A stretch of 64,000 nt of DNA from Escherichia phage SD2, in the sequence record PQ821640; one strand, written 5' to 3'. Every line of letters starts with the position of its first letter. Within the stretch, counting starts at the first letter, position 1. The position numbers and the translations under genes were made by a program. Shown piece by piece: positions 53,785 through 63,237 of this stretch. Under the pieces are notes generated by a model. It was not told the origin of the DNA. It saw nothing but the letters and a program-made list of their open reading frames with translations, and made no database searches.

Positions 53785-54732
53785 TTAGAAACAGTGCAGG
53801 AAGTTTCGACCATATTGCAAACCAATAGGAGCAAACGGGATATCATCATCGAAATCTTGAACAACAGGTTCTGGTTCTTTCGGTGCTGGCTCTTTCTTCT
53901 CTACTTTTTTAGTTTCTTTCTTAACTTCTTGTACTGGAGTAGACATTCCACGGATAGCAGCAGCTACTTTATCAGACAAAGCAAGAACTTCACGAGCAGC
54001 TTCAATAATTTCTTCTGCCGTTACAGTTTTACCTGTATGATCACGACAAGCGTTAAGAATTGCGTGTCCAACTGAAGCACCAAGATCATAGTCAGTCACA
54101 TCAACGCCACGATCTTTAGCAATTTCAGCTTTCAGAGTAACAGTTGCAGATTGTACCACACCAGCCAAGTCGAAAGCATCACCTTTCACACCAGCACGTA
54201 GAAGCTCCAGAGCGCCGTTTATAGCGTGTCCTGTTTCAATCCCTACGGTATCACGTTTTTTGTAGTTAGGCTTGCTACCGTCATTATTAGAGGGCTTATT
54301 TCCACCTTTTGAAGAGGATTGCGCTTGCTGAACACCTTCTGTTGAAAGAATAGTGATTTTACCTTTAGAGGAGTTGTAGTATGTTTTGCCATTCCATTCG
54401 GAAGGTTTAACATCCATAGTTAGTTCTACACCTTTTTCGATAGTAACCCACTTATCACCATCTTTAACTTGCAGGTTTTCATGTTCTGGGTGCAGTTTAA
54501 CTTCACCTAGGCTAACCCAAACACCTTTATCATCAGCACCAGCACCTTTCTCTTTAATAAGCAGAGATGCTTTGTGAGTTGATTCAATTTTCTTATCTGG
54601 CTGACCTGCAACCTTAATATAAGAGACTTTCATTTCATCAAACTTATCTAGTTTGACATATTCGACAATACCTTCAGCCCAGAATGCTTCTTTTTTAGTA
54701 CGACGGTCGATTTCAGAATTAATTACTGGCAT
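53785..54732 (-). CDS. single-stranded DNA-binding-like protein with host-SSB C-terminal tip
   Basis: C-terminus DFDDDIPF matches the E. coli SSB tail tip; Gly/Ser/Asn-rich linker; N-terminal domain not obviously canonical. Confidence 0.5.
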   Translation of the reverse strand: MPVINSEIDRRTKKEAFWAEGIVEYVKLDKFDEMKVSYIKVAGQPDKKIESTHKASLLIKEKGAGADDKGVWVSLGEVKLHPEHENLQVKDGDKWVTIEKGVELTMDVKPSEWNGKTYYNSSKGKITILSTEGVQQAQSSSKGGNKPSNNDGSKPNYKKRDTVGIETGHAINGALELLRAGVKGDAFDLAGVVQSATVTLKAEIAKDRGVDVTDYDLGASVGHAILNACRDHTGKTVTAEEIIEAAREVLALSDKVAAAIRGMSTPVQEVKKETKKVEKKEPAPKEPEPVVQDFDDDIPFAPIGLQYGRNFLHCF

Positions 54733-54748
54733 AAATTCTCCTCTATAA

Positions 54749-55147
54749 TTACATTACTTTAACACAAAACTCTCGTAAAAGAGTAGCGTCAGTTTCTTCC
54801 AACAGGTATTTACCAAGACCAATACCAAATCCTATTTCACCACTTTCAAAATGGAGAATTTGTATCTTTTCTCCACCAAGGTTAATTACTTTTGCTTTTC
54901 CAGGATTGTCCAAAACATCTCGTATTGTGTCCTGTAGTAGCATTAGTTCACGTTTTGTGATAGTGGTTTCAGATATCTCTTTGTCTTCTACCCGCACTGT
55001 TAAACGGTTGTATCCACCAAAGAGACATAGTATTTGAATAAAAAAGGTATTATCTTGAGGTTCAACATCTTTTTTAGTTAGTTCAAGACGATTAGTTTCT
55101 CTACTATAGAACGTCTCGACTAAGATTTTAGAACGATTGTCTGTCAT
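54749..55147 (-). CDS. hypothetical protein (132 aa)
   Basis: ORF behind GAGGA. Confidence 0.45.
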   Translation of the reverse strand: MTDNRSKILVETFYSRETNRLELTKKDVEPQDNTFFIQILCLFGGYNRLTVRVEDKEISETTITKRELMLLQDTIRDVLDNPGKAKVINLGGEKIQILHFESGEIGFGIGLGKYLLEETDATLLREFCVKVM

Positions 55148-55158
55148 TCAAGTCCTCA

Positions 55159-55187
55159 TAATAACACATAATTGTAAGGTTTGTCAA
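55159..55187 (-). promoter_or_regulatory. sigma70-like promoter on minus strand (TTGACA-N17-TTATTA)
   Basis: Consensus -35 in the 43-nt gap upstream of 55147; very short leader makes it uncertain. Confidence 0.3.
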
Positions 55188-55190
55188 CAC

Positions 55191-55805
55191 TTAAATCTTA
55201 AATTCTTCGTTGTTAAACGAATCCAGTGTACGTACTTCTGGTTCTTTGGGGATGAAAACGTCTTTTACAAAGCGGAACATAGGGAAACGTTCTGCCATTT
55301 TACGGACGTGTGCTTCTTTACCTGTGTATCGGTGATTAATAGTGCAAATATTAGTTTTCAATGCAAATTCAAAATCTGGATGATATACATAATTTAGACC
55401 ATCCCAGTAACACAGGCAAATAGCTACGTCAAAATTCCATACGATTTCACTGCGTACACCTTCTTCCATGATCATAAAGTTAAACTTAAGATCTTTATAG
55501 TATGCTTCAAATACCCATTTCAGATGTGGTAGTTCGGCATAAGTATGTTCTGTTTGCTTAGTGAGTTGTTTAACATTACGTGCACCAACACCCAACATCA
55601 AAAACTTCTCTACTAGCACGAGTGTATTGTGGTTAGGCATACGCAAGTAAATGTCAATGTCTTGTGCAGGTTTCTCTAATCGCCAATCACGTACAGCACC
55701 GCCAGCTACAATTGCAAACGGATCTACCAGTTGGCACATACGTAATACTTCTAAAGCGCGTACTTTTTGATCTTCAATATTCATATTTTCTCCTATCGTG
55801 TCCAC
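55191..55805 (-). CDS. nucleotidyltransferase with CCA-adding-enzyme-like head motif
   Basis: GGAVRDWRLEKPAQDIDIY resembles the pol-beta-type GGAVRD...D.D head motif of tRNA nucleotidyltransferases; only 204 aa. Confidence 0.5.
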   Translation of the reverse strand: MDTIGENMNIEDQKVRALEVLRMCQLVDPFAIVAGGAVRDWRLEKPAQDIDIYLRMPNHNTLVLVEKFLMLGVGARNVKQLTKQTEHTYAELPHLKWVFEAYYKDLKFNFMIMEEGVRSEIVWNFDVAICLCYWDGLNYVYHPDFEFALKTNICTINHRYTGKEAHVRKMAERFPMFRFVKDVFIPKEPEVRTLDSFNNEEFKI

Positions 55806-56389
55806 TCTTTGTGTTGTTCTACATGCTCAAGCATTTCATTATACAGTGCTTTAAGATGTGGAACAACTCTTTCATCTTCAGTTTCAAAGAATTTTGTAAG
55901 CTGCTCTGCCTTAGCTTTCAACCAGCAAAGATGTGCTTCAATTTCAGTATTAAAACGTCCCAGCGTTATAACACGTCCATCGCGTTGAATATGGGCTTTA
56001 TACTTTTTACGATCTTTTTCGTAACTACAGCCTACCATAGTTCCATGAGATCTTTTACTTACTCTATAAGCTAAGAACTTGTTAAGATCTCCTGTTACTA
56101 AAAGACAGGTATCGGGAGAGTAAACTCTCCCTCCTATAATATCTTTATCAAGTTCTAAGTTTTCCCAGTTATCCCAAGTTTGCAACCAGGAGTAGAAATT
56201 GGAGAACAACTTCCATTCTTCACAAACCGTCACCCCATTATAACAAGGATCACGTTCTTGTTGGCAAGGGGAGTAACACCTCCCCAACATAGCCATCCAT
56301 TTCATATAATGCGGCGTTAGTTTCTTACTACCAGGTAGCGTACTCTCGCCTTCCAAATCATTAATACCTTCACCATATACGGTAAGCAT
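55793..56389 (-). CDS. homing endonuclease-like protein with AP2-type DNA-binding domain
   Basis: C-terminal KKYKAHIQRDGRVITLGRFNTEIEAHLCWLKA matches the AP2 pattern; wedged between polymerase and nucleotidyltransferase genes. Confidence 0.45.
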   Translation of the reverse strand: MLTVYGEGINDLEGESTLPGSKKLTPHYMKWMAMLGRCYSPCQQERDPCYNGVTVCEEWKLFSNFYSWLQTWDNWENLELDKDIIGGRVYSPDTCLLVTGDLNKFLAYRVSKRSHGTMVGCSYEKDRKKYKAHIQRDGRVITLGRFNTEIEAHLCWLKAKAEQLTKFFETEDERVVPHLKALYNEMLEHVEQHKEWTR

Positions 56390-56416
56390 AAAAACTCCTT
56401 TAAAATCAAAGAGATG

Positions 56417-59400
56417 TCAGTGACAAGACGCCCATGAATTACCAACATCGTAACCAGCAGTGAGAGGTACATTAAGATTGTAATACTCACCAGCTTTATT
56501 AACAGCGATAGATGCTAATTCTCCAGCACGACTGTAGGCTGTAAACCAACCACCTTTCGGAGATTCATGTACGTTAGCCCAAATCTTGCCAGTACGTTTC
56601 TCTTCCTCTTCTTTCCAGGCATTAACTTTATCCAAACATTCTTTATCAATTTTCTTTTGTTCTTCTGGATCATCAACTTGAGTCCAACCTAAAGATTCTT
56701 TAGAGAACCATTTAAAATGCACCAGATCACGAGTTACTTCAAGCTGTGCTTCATCGTGATATGCAATCATTTGTTGAACGAATGACTTATTTTTCCAGTC
56801 ATCAACAAAAAAGTCAACAGCTAATCCTTCTTCTTCGATAAGATCGTCGTAGATAACCATTGCTCTTTTTGCACAAATAACACCACCACTCTGGAACAGA
56901 GAGTTAAGTATTGCGTGTGCAGATCGTGTAGGTACTTTCCTACCATCAATACCCAGAATGTATTTCTTACCTGTTTTAACCCAGAAATCATGCAGACGTT
57001 CTTTAAGAAGTGCAAGAGGTTTTGCAGCTTCCCAGAAAGCATCGTATACAAGCTGTCCTGTATACATATCACTACCAATAGTTTTTGCTACTTTTGCAGC
57101 TTGAGCACCATAAGTAATACCATACTTAACAGATTTAGCAGGGCTTCGTTCAAACTTACGACCAATAGTGTCAGAAATACGTCGAGCCATCATTGTATGA
57201 ACATCATTAGGTTTTTCCAACAATAGAGCATTACAATATTCGTGTGGTTCCTGCTCGTACCGCCAACAATTCCCTGTAATCGTGATGCAGTCTTTCTGAC
57301 GCATAACCCATGTACCGAGTTCTGTTTGTGGACACCAAACATCTTCTACACCCCATTCTTCAATAGTCAGACTTTGAACAGGGATGTGAGAGCGGTTAGC
57401 CAACGTTGCCACTTTTACTTTCTGGTCTTTCGTATTGAAGGCTACAGAAATATTACCCCCATGAACCAGGTATGAGGCAGTTAAGGCTGCTTCAAAAAGT
57501 TCTCCTGGGTTCTGCGCCCAGCGCCAAACAGGTTTTTGTTTATGTTTGTGCCAGTAACCATCCGCAATCAAAAAACCTTCCAAGAAAGCCACACGCTCGG
57601 CATGAGACATATTAACTACACGTTCTACCCACGGAACATCCCATTTACCTTGTTGAACAGAAGTTAAACTATTTACTTGATCTTGTTCCATGTTAAATGG
57701 AGCATTACAAATAATGTTATCTCCTGTGCAAAGCTCGGCAGTTGTTCTGACTTTAGGCACATAAGTATTCCCTGTACTACGAGTATTAACATACCAACGG
57801 TGATCTGCTGTTGCACGATAAGTATGGGATTTTCCTTTAATCTCAAACGTCTTACTATTTTTATAGAAGACCTTACCTTTTACTTTAGTCCATTCTTTAA
57901 GTCCTGTTTCTGGGTTATATCCTAAGATTTCATCCCCTTCTTGTAGATCGTGATAACCAACCCAACCTTTACGGGTTAGTGCTTGTGCATCCATAGGTAC
58001 ACAGTAGTGTGATTCTATTTTTGCCTCAAGAGAATCAAAGTCATAACCAATTTGGAAGTATTTTGGAACTTCTACACCAAATAAGTTACGCATTTCATAT
58101 CCGTACAGAGATGTTACACGTGGGATATTTGCTACTAACCTATGTTTCATACGAGACGTAGCTGCATCGCACGTTGCAGCAGGGGTTGGTATACGACCAT
58201 CAGCCCTTACTGCCGCCAGATAACCTTTATCGTAATCCTCTTCATCCTCTTCCCAATCAGCGCCACCCCCTAGAATAGAGTTCCTACGATGTTTATACGT
58301 AAGATACTGCACAATCTGCGTAGCATAAGGAAACTTTTCACCTAGTGCTTCCAAGTTAGGACAAATATCCTTCTCTTGCCCTTTTGTAAAGGAAGGGTTA
58401 GTAAGCACTTTAACACCACGACCTTTAGCTTTAGCAATACGATCTCTTAGTTTCCATTCCAAAGTTTCTGGTGTGCACTCCAGATGATCACATCTATCCT
58501 GGCAGAAGTTAGATGCTAATGTTTGATCAACATAGTCACGAATAGCTTTCTCCATTTGTGCTTCATCTTTCTTAATCTTAGTGCCAGATTTAAGAGTGAT
58601 ATCTTTATCTTTATATTCAGATGGACTCCAACCTAAACCAACTAACCAATTTTTAATATGTGTAGTGTCGTCTAAAGTAGCAGGTACTGTAGGATCACAA
58701 ATAGGTTCTTCTGCTGGAATAGGTAGTTTAAACTCTTTACCTAATGCAAATAACCACCAACCATCTTCTTTTTGTACAAGTTCACCAGAATGTTTCTCTG
58801 CAAACTTTATCATGTTACTTGAAGGTTCACCATTCTTTTTAAACTGTAGTTTAGGTGGAATGAATGATTTCAAATAACCTTTAGTAGCAGGTTTAGGAGG
58901 TAGTACAGGTTCTGCCTCTAAACGACATGCTTCCATTCGAGCATCCAGATCACGAATATTATCTTCTGCTTGTTTCATATTGAAAGCAAAGCCACGGTGC
59001 TCTTGACGTGTAATAATATCAGCTACACGTTGTTCTAAGTTAAATGGTTCAGACCACTTATTATAATCACCCCACTCTTCCATCAAATAACGGAACACTG
59101 CGGTGTTAGCTTTGTTATCGTAAATACAGTAATACAACATATCTGCTGCAAATGTTCTAAATCTTTCAGTTTCAGGGATGTTTTTTCTAAAATCAATTTT
59201 AACATCCCCTCCAGCTTTCTTAGATAACTCTGCCAGACTATGACCACCGAAGCGATCAGGGTTTAGTGTCTTACTTAAGATCATAGTATCACAAATTTCA
59301 ATGTTACTATTACCCCAAGTATTGTACTTAATACTGTAGTTGAGTTTAAAAAATAATTTAATTGCCAGTAAGTCGAAGTTAATGATGTTGTGTCCGACTA

Positions 59401-59731
59401 CTTTGGTAATTTTATAGTTTGAATTACCTTTAAATTTACCTGTTCCATTTACAAAATCAGGAAAATCTTTAAGAGGGAAATGGGTATATTCTAAATGCTC
59501 ATATTCCTCCAGTCGGTATTCATACTTTCCGTCAGTCTCAATATACGGACGACCATCGAAAAGATATTTATCACCATCATGGAAAGCAATAATCTCTCCA
59601 GTATCATGACTTTCGCACACAATACAGTGCATTGCAAAACTATCTTTTAAACGATATGGACTTGCCAAGTAATCTACACTTTCGTCATTAAGCAAGTTGT
59701 TACTTTCAATGTCGAAAGTAAAAGCTCCCAT
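56417..59731 (-). CDS. DNA polymerase, family A, interrupted by an intein
   Basis: Exo I FDIES; motif A DFDSLEAKI; motif B RSPAKSVKYGITYGA; motif C YHDE; 1104 aa including insertion. Confidence 0.8.
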   Translation of the reverse strand: MGAFTFDIESNNLLNDESVDYLASPYRLKDSFAMHCIVCESHDTGEIIAFHDGDKYLFDGRPYIETDGKYEYRLEEYEHLEYTHFPLKDFPDFVNGTGKFKGNSNYKITKVVGHNIINFDLLAIKLFFKLNYSIKYNTWGNSNIEICDTMILSKTLNPDRFGGHSLAELSKKAGGDVKIDFRKNIPETERFRTFAADMLYYCIYDNKANTAVFRYLMEEWGDYNKWSEPFNLEQRVADIITRQEHRGFAFNMKQAEDNIRDLDARMEACRLEAEPVLPPKPATKGYLKSFIPPKLQFKKNGEPSSNMIKFAEKHSGELVQKEDGWWLFALGKEFKLPIPAEEPICDPTVPATLDDTTHIKNWLVGLGWSPSEYKDKDITLKSGTKIKKDEAQMEKAIRDYVDQTLASNFCQDRCDHLECTPETLEWKLRDRIAKAKGRGVKVLTNPSFTKGQEKDICPNLEALGEKFPYATQIVQYLTYKHRRNSILGGGADWEEDEEDYDKGYLAAVRADGRIPTPAATCDAATSRMKHRLVANIPRVTSLYGYEMRNLFGVEVPKYFQIGYDFDSLEAKIESHYCVPMDAQALTRKGWVGYHDLQEGDEILGYNPETGLKEWTKVKGKVFYKNSKTFEIKGKSHTYRATADHRWYVNTRSTGNTYVPKVRTTAELCTGDNIICNAPFNMEQDQVNSLTSVQQGKWDVPWVERVVNMSHAERVAFLEGFLIADGYWHKHKQKPVWRWAQNPGELFEAALTASYLVHGGNISVAFNTKDQKVKVATLANRSHIPVQSLTIEEWGVEDVWCPQTELGTWVMRQKDCITITGNCWRYEQEPHEYCNALLLEKPNDVHTMMARRISDTIGRKFERSPAKSVKYGITYGAQAAKVAKTIGSDMYTGQLVYDAFWEAAKPLALLKERLHDFWVKTGKKYILGIDGRKVPTRSAHAILNSLFQSGGVICAKRAMVIYDDLIEEEGLAVDFFVDDWKNKSFVQQMIAYHDEAQLEVTRDLVHFKWFSKESLGWTQVDDPEEQKKIDKECLDKVNAWKEEEEKRTGKIWANVHESPKGGWFTAYSRAGELASIAVNKAGEYYNLNVPLTAGYDVGNSWASCH
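57269..58003 (-). mobile_element. intein (245 aa) in DNA polymerase between motifs A and B, LAGLIDADG-like remnant
   Basis: Starts with Cys after ESHY (CVPMDAQALTRKGW), TADH block B-like, internal FLEGFLIADGYW, ends ITITGN followed by Cys. Confidence 0.55.
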
Positions 59732-59772
59732 TCTCCCTCCTTAAAATATTTCTAAAGTCTTAATTTGTTAAT

Positions 59773-59801
59773 ACTGTACCATAAATTAATTGTTTTGTAA
59801 A
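59773..59801 (-). promoter_or_regulatory. sigma70-like promoter on minus strand (TTTACA-N17-TACAGT)
   Basis: About 40 nt upstream of the polymerase start; overlaps a GC hairpin. Confidence 0.3.
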
Positions 59802-59816
59802 GGGGCTTTCGCCCCT
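59801..59816. terminator. GC-rich hairpin, terminator-like
   Basis: AGGGGC-TTTC-GCCCCT stem-loop between two minus-strand genes; weak T-run. Confidence 0.35.
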
Positions 59817-59821
59817 TCTTG

Positions 59822-60217
59822 TTATTTATTGTCAGCACTTAATTGTACTTTAATAAGGCAATTAGGGACACCATTGGTATTTCTCAAGCCTACACGGTCA
59901 ATTTTAACTGTTCCTGTTAAGCCACTAAAAGTGGAAACAATGTTATTAATGTTTTCATCCTTACTAGCGATATCAAGAACAACTTTATCACTAACATTTT
60001 TCAACATACGATCTACAAGCTCTCCCACAAAACCACTGGTAGTTTGAATGAGAAGGTATAGGCAACCATCCTCAAACCACAAATGTTCGCCATAAGCATA
60101 ACCGTATGGTTCTAACTCCGATCCATCTTGAAATTTAAACTTGGCAACAGTTTTCGTATAATCATACCCTAACGCAGAAGGGGATACCCCATAGAGGATA
60201 TTTTCGTTGTCTTTCAT
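59822..60217 (-). CDS. hypothetical protein (132 aa)
   Basis: Start at ATG 60217 behind AAGGAGAG; the longer ORF-track version would overlap the primase gene. Confidence 0.5.
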   Translation of the reverse strand: MKDNENILYGVSPSALGYDYTKTVAKFKFQDGSELEPYGYAYGEHLWFEDGCLYLLIQTTSGFVGELVDRMLKNVSDKVVLDIASKDENINNIVSTFSGLTGTVKIDRVGLRNTNGVPNCLIKVQLSADNK

Positions 60218-60227
60218 ATTTCTCTCC

Positions 60228-62000
60228 TTAATAAGAACCATCAGGAATATTCTCTGGGTTACTTGTGTATTGATCGTAATCGTGAAGTGTCGCTGTTTTA
60301 ATCTCATAGAAGAAACTACCTGCTGCACCAGTCTCTGAGAACTCACGGTTCTTTAGGATGTAGCAATATGTGCGGTTACGTTCCATAGGATCTTCAGCTT
60401 GTTTATCACGCTCCAGCGCAATTGTGATACCAGCACCTTTAGCAAGGAAGCTACTACCCATTGCATCATCTTCTACAATATGTTCATTACTATTGTTAGA
60501 AGACTTTTTAACGTGTGAAATTACAACAATGGTAATTGCGTACTCTTTCATAATGCGTTTGAGCCACGTCGCAAGTTCCTCTTGTTGTGACACGTCCATA
60601 CCAGAAAGCAAGTCAGAATAAGGGTCGATAACAAGAATGGTTACTCCGAAATAAATAATCATTTCCAGAACCTTCTCTTTAATCACATCTACGTTAGCTC
60701 CACGATCATCACAAACATAGAAACGTGGTGTTCCATCTTCTCGTTCGTAAAAATCACGAATCTTTTCTTCATTATCTTTTAAAATCTTTTCCTTCTCTTC
60801 TTTTGTTTTACGGTGAAGAGGGATGTGCAAGAATGAAGACAGTAAGTTACGAGAATACTTCTTATACGTTGCCTCCAAAGATAAAATACCAAGAGTATGT
60901 TCTGGGTGTGCAAGAATAATGTGCTTTGTAATCTCGTTAACCAACAGTGTTTTACCGATACTTGTTTTTGCAAGTATAACAGTAATTTCTTCTTCTACCA
61001 AGCCTCCACCTAACATATTAGAAGCAACACGCATGAATGGAGGAAGGGTGATCATTTTAGCTTCCAGGCATTCCAAGGCTGCTTCATACAGTACGTTAGA
61101 AGCATAAACACCAGCAGGTGTGTACAGTTTAGCTTTGAAAAAGCGATCAAGAAAGTGATCAATTTTTCCTTCTACTAGTGCCTGGTTAGGATCTTTAACA
61201 TCCGTTAGTTCCATCACGTAAACTTTATTACGTGGTAAGATTTTAACACATTTCTCAACTGCTGCACGTCCAGCTTCATCATTATCCATACATAGAACAA
61301 TCTTTTTAAATTGATCTAAGAATTTATAACGATGTTGAAGCTGCTTATGCAGAGATGTTTCGCCACAAGTACCAGATACTACAGCAGGAACAGGATATTT
61401 ACCGCCCTTGTTATAATCTTTTAGCATCTGTGTTGCAGCCAGCATATCGTGTTCACCACCAACAATTAGAATAGTACCGCTGTGGTTACGATATTTAAAC
61501 TCACCAAAAAGATCACAATCCTTTCCTGTTTCACCAATAGGATGCGAAAAATCTTTTGGATCGATACGTTGTTTATACCCAGCAATATTGTAATCTTTAG
61601 TTGTAGGGTATAGTGTTGAAATTACTTCGCCAGTAGCTTCATCGTACATATAGCGTACACCGAAAGGTTTAGAGATATCTTCACGAATACCGCGATAACC
61701 TTTTGGATTAGTTCCAGTGCTGGCTTTTAGTTTATCATGTACTTCTGGATTAAACTCACTACCCAAGATATCCTCCTCTTCAATTTCTTCGCCGTGTGCA
61801 TTTAACCATTTTTGATCAGGGATAGTAAAGCCACAAGAAAAACAATGTGCGCCTCGATGGTCTTCATCGGCATCTAAGCCATATACCATCAAATTGTTTT
61901 GTGATCGATCACGCCCTCCTTTCATACAACGAGGACACCCAGTATGTCCTTCTTGACTTAGGTCAATGTTATACCCATATTTATTTACAACATAAGACAC
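60228..62000 (-). CDS. DNA primase-helicase (T7 gp4-like)
   Basis: N-terminal zinc ribbon CPRC...CFSC, TOPRIM-like LCMDNDEAGRAA, helicase Walker A AKTSIGKT. Confidence 0.8.
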   Translation of the reverse strand: MSYVVNKYGYNIDLSQEGHTGCPRCMKGGRDRSQNNLMVYGLDADEDHRGAHCFSCGFTIPDQKWLNAHGEEIEEEDILGSEFNPEVHDKLKASTGTNPKGYRGIREDISKPFGVRYMYDEATGEVISTLYPTTKDYNIAGYKQRIDPKDFSHPIGETGKDCDLFGEFKYRNHSGTILIVGGEHDMLAATQMLKDYNKGGKYPVPAVVSGTCGETSLHKQLQHRYKFLDQFKKIVLCMDNDEAGRAAVEKCVKILPRNKVYVMELTDVKDPNQALVEGKIDHFLDRFFKAKLYTPAGVYASNVLYEAALECLEAKMITLPPFMRVASNMLGGGLVEEEITVILAKTSIGKTLLVNEITKHIILAHPEHTLGILSLEATYKKYSRNLLSSFLHIPLHRKTKEEKEKILKDNEEKIRDFYEREDGTPRFYVCDDRGANVDVIKEKVLEMIIYFGVTILVIDPYSDLLSGMDVSQQEELATWLKRIMKEYAITIVVISHVKKSSNNSNEHIVEDDAMGSSFLAKGAGITIALERDKQAEDPMERNRTYCYILKNREFSETGAAGSFFYEIKTATLHDYDQYTSNPENIPDGSY

Positions 62001-62012
62001 ATGATTCTCCTA

Positions 62013-62282
62013 CTAAAATGATTCGTTTGTCTCCATAATATATTGCATTTCCAAATCTTCCATATGTTTCTTAAATTGGTAAACAATTTCCGATGGGGAA
62101 ATATCTATATCAAAAAGTTCTTTTGTACCAGAATAGAACCTAATACCATCAACAATAAGGCCACCATAATAATCCCAATCACTTTCTCGTGAAAAAGGAT
62201 TAGGTTCTTCATAATAGTAATCTACTTCAACAATAATAGGTTCTTTATTATCTTGTTTATACTCAAAATCAAAAGTGTTCAT
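62013..62282 (-). CDS. hypothetical protein (89 aa)
   Basis: ORF whose stop and start abut neighbouring genes. Confidence 0.4.
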   Translation of the reverse strand: MNTFDFEYKQDNKEPIIVEVDYYYEEPNPFSRESDWDYYGGLIVDGIRFYSGTKELFDIDISPSEIVYQFKKHMEDLEMQYIMETNESF

Positions 62283-63226
62283 TATAAATCCTCGATAAGC
62301 AGTCTGCGGGTTTCATTTAAATCATCAATATTGTAGTTATCTCTTACATATTTAGCAAGAGCCAATCCTTTCTCAATACAAACATCAGGAGATTCGATTA
62401 AGTATTCTACAATATCTTTCCACTCTTTAACTGAATCAGCAAAGAAGATTAGGTCTTTAAATTCTTCAGTATAGTAGTTCTCTCGTGGAGAACAAACGAG
62501 TGGCAAACCTTTAGCACCAGCCTCAAGAATTTTTAAATTACTTTTGGCATTATTAAAATGATTATTTACTAATGGAGCTATGGAGATTTGATGACCATCG
62601 TATGCTTCCATATAACACTCATAAGGACGAATACCTTCATAAACACAATCTGGTTGAATCTCTTCTTTAATTTGCAACCATTGAGCACTACTTAACTCTT
62701 CGTGATCTCTACGAAATCCACATAAAGTTAAATCTTTACCAAAAGCAGGAAGAATTGCTAAATCATGTTTATGTGTTTCACTTCCCGCCCAAACCAGTGG
62801 GCTTTTAGAATAACGATCTTTAGTAAGAACAAACTGCCCTTCATCAAAAGGTAGTCCGTTAGGCACAATATGTACATTATCATTGTATTGGCTTAATTCA
62901 ACCTTTAATGCTGGAGTTGTTGTAGTTACAAGATCGCTTCTTTCAAGGAACCATTTTAGGTCATCTCGGATTTGATTTTCAAATAATCCTTCCAGCATAT
63001 GCCCTTCAGGAATAATTAAAGAATCATCCAGATCCATTACCAATTTAAACCCAAGTTGTTTAAGAGCCAGGAAACCTGGCTTTCCACGAGTTGGTACTCC
63101 ATTGAATACAAAAATATTATGCTTAGGATTAATAGTCAGTTTGCGTTTATATGGCAAAATGATTCTATGAAAATCACATACACTATACCTTTCATGTCCA
63201 CGTGTGTCAAGAATAATATTAGGCAT
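62282..63226 (-). CDS. glycosyltransferase-like protein (GT-B fold), paralog 1
   Basis: C-terminal SIAPLVNNHFNNAKSNLKILEAGAKGLPLVCSP resembles the GT-B sugar-donor motif; paralogous to next gene. Confidence 0.45.
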   Translation of the reverse strand: MPNIILDTRGHERYSVCDFHRIILPYKRKLTINPKHNIFVFNGVPTRGKPGFLALKQLGFKLVMDLDDSLIIPEGHMLEGLFENQIRDDLKWFLERSDLVTTTTPALKVELSQYNDNVHIVPNGLPFDEGQFVLTKDRYSKSPLVWAGSETHKHDLAILPAFGKDLTLCGFRRDHEELSSAQWLQIKEEIQPDCVYEGIRPYECYMEAYDGHQISIAPLVNNHFNNAKSNLKILEAGAKGLPLVCSPRENYYTEEFKDLIFFADSVKEWKDIVEYLIESPDVCIEKGLALAKYVRDNYNIDDLNETRRLLIEDL

Positions 63227-63237
63227 ATGGCTCCTTG

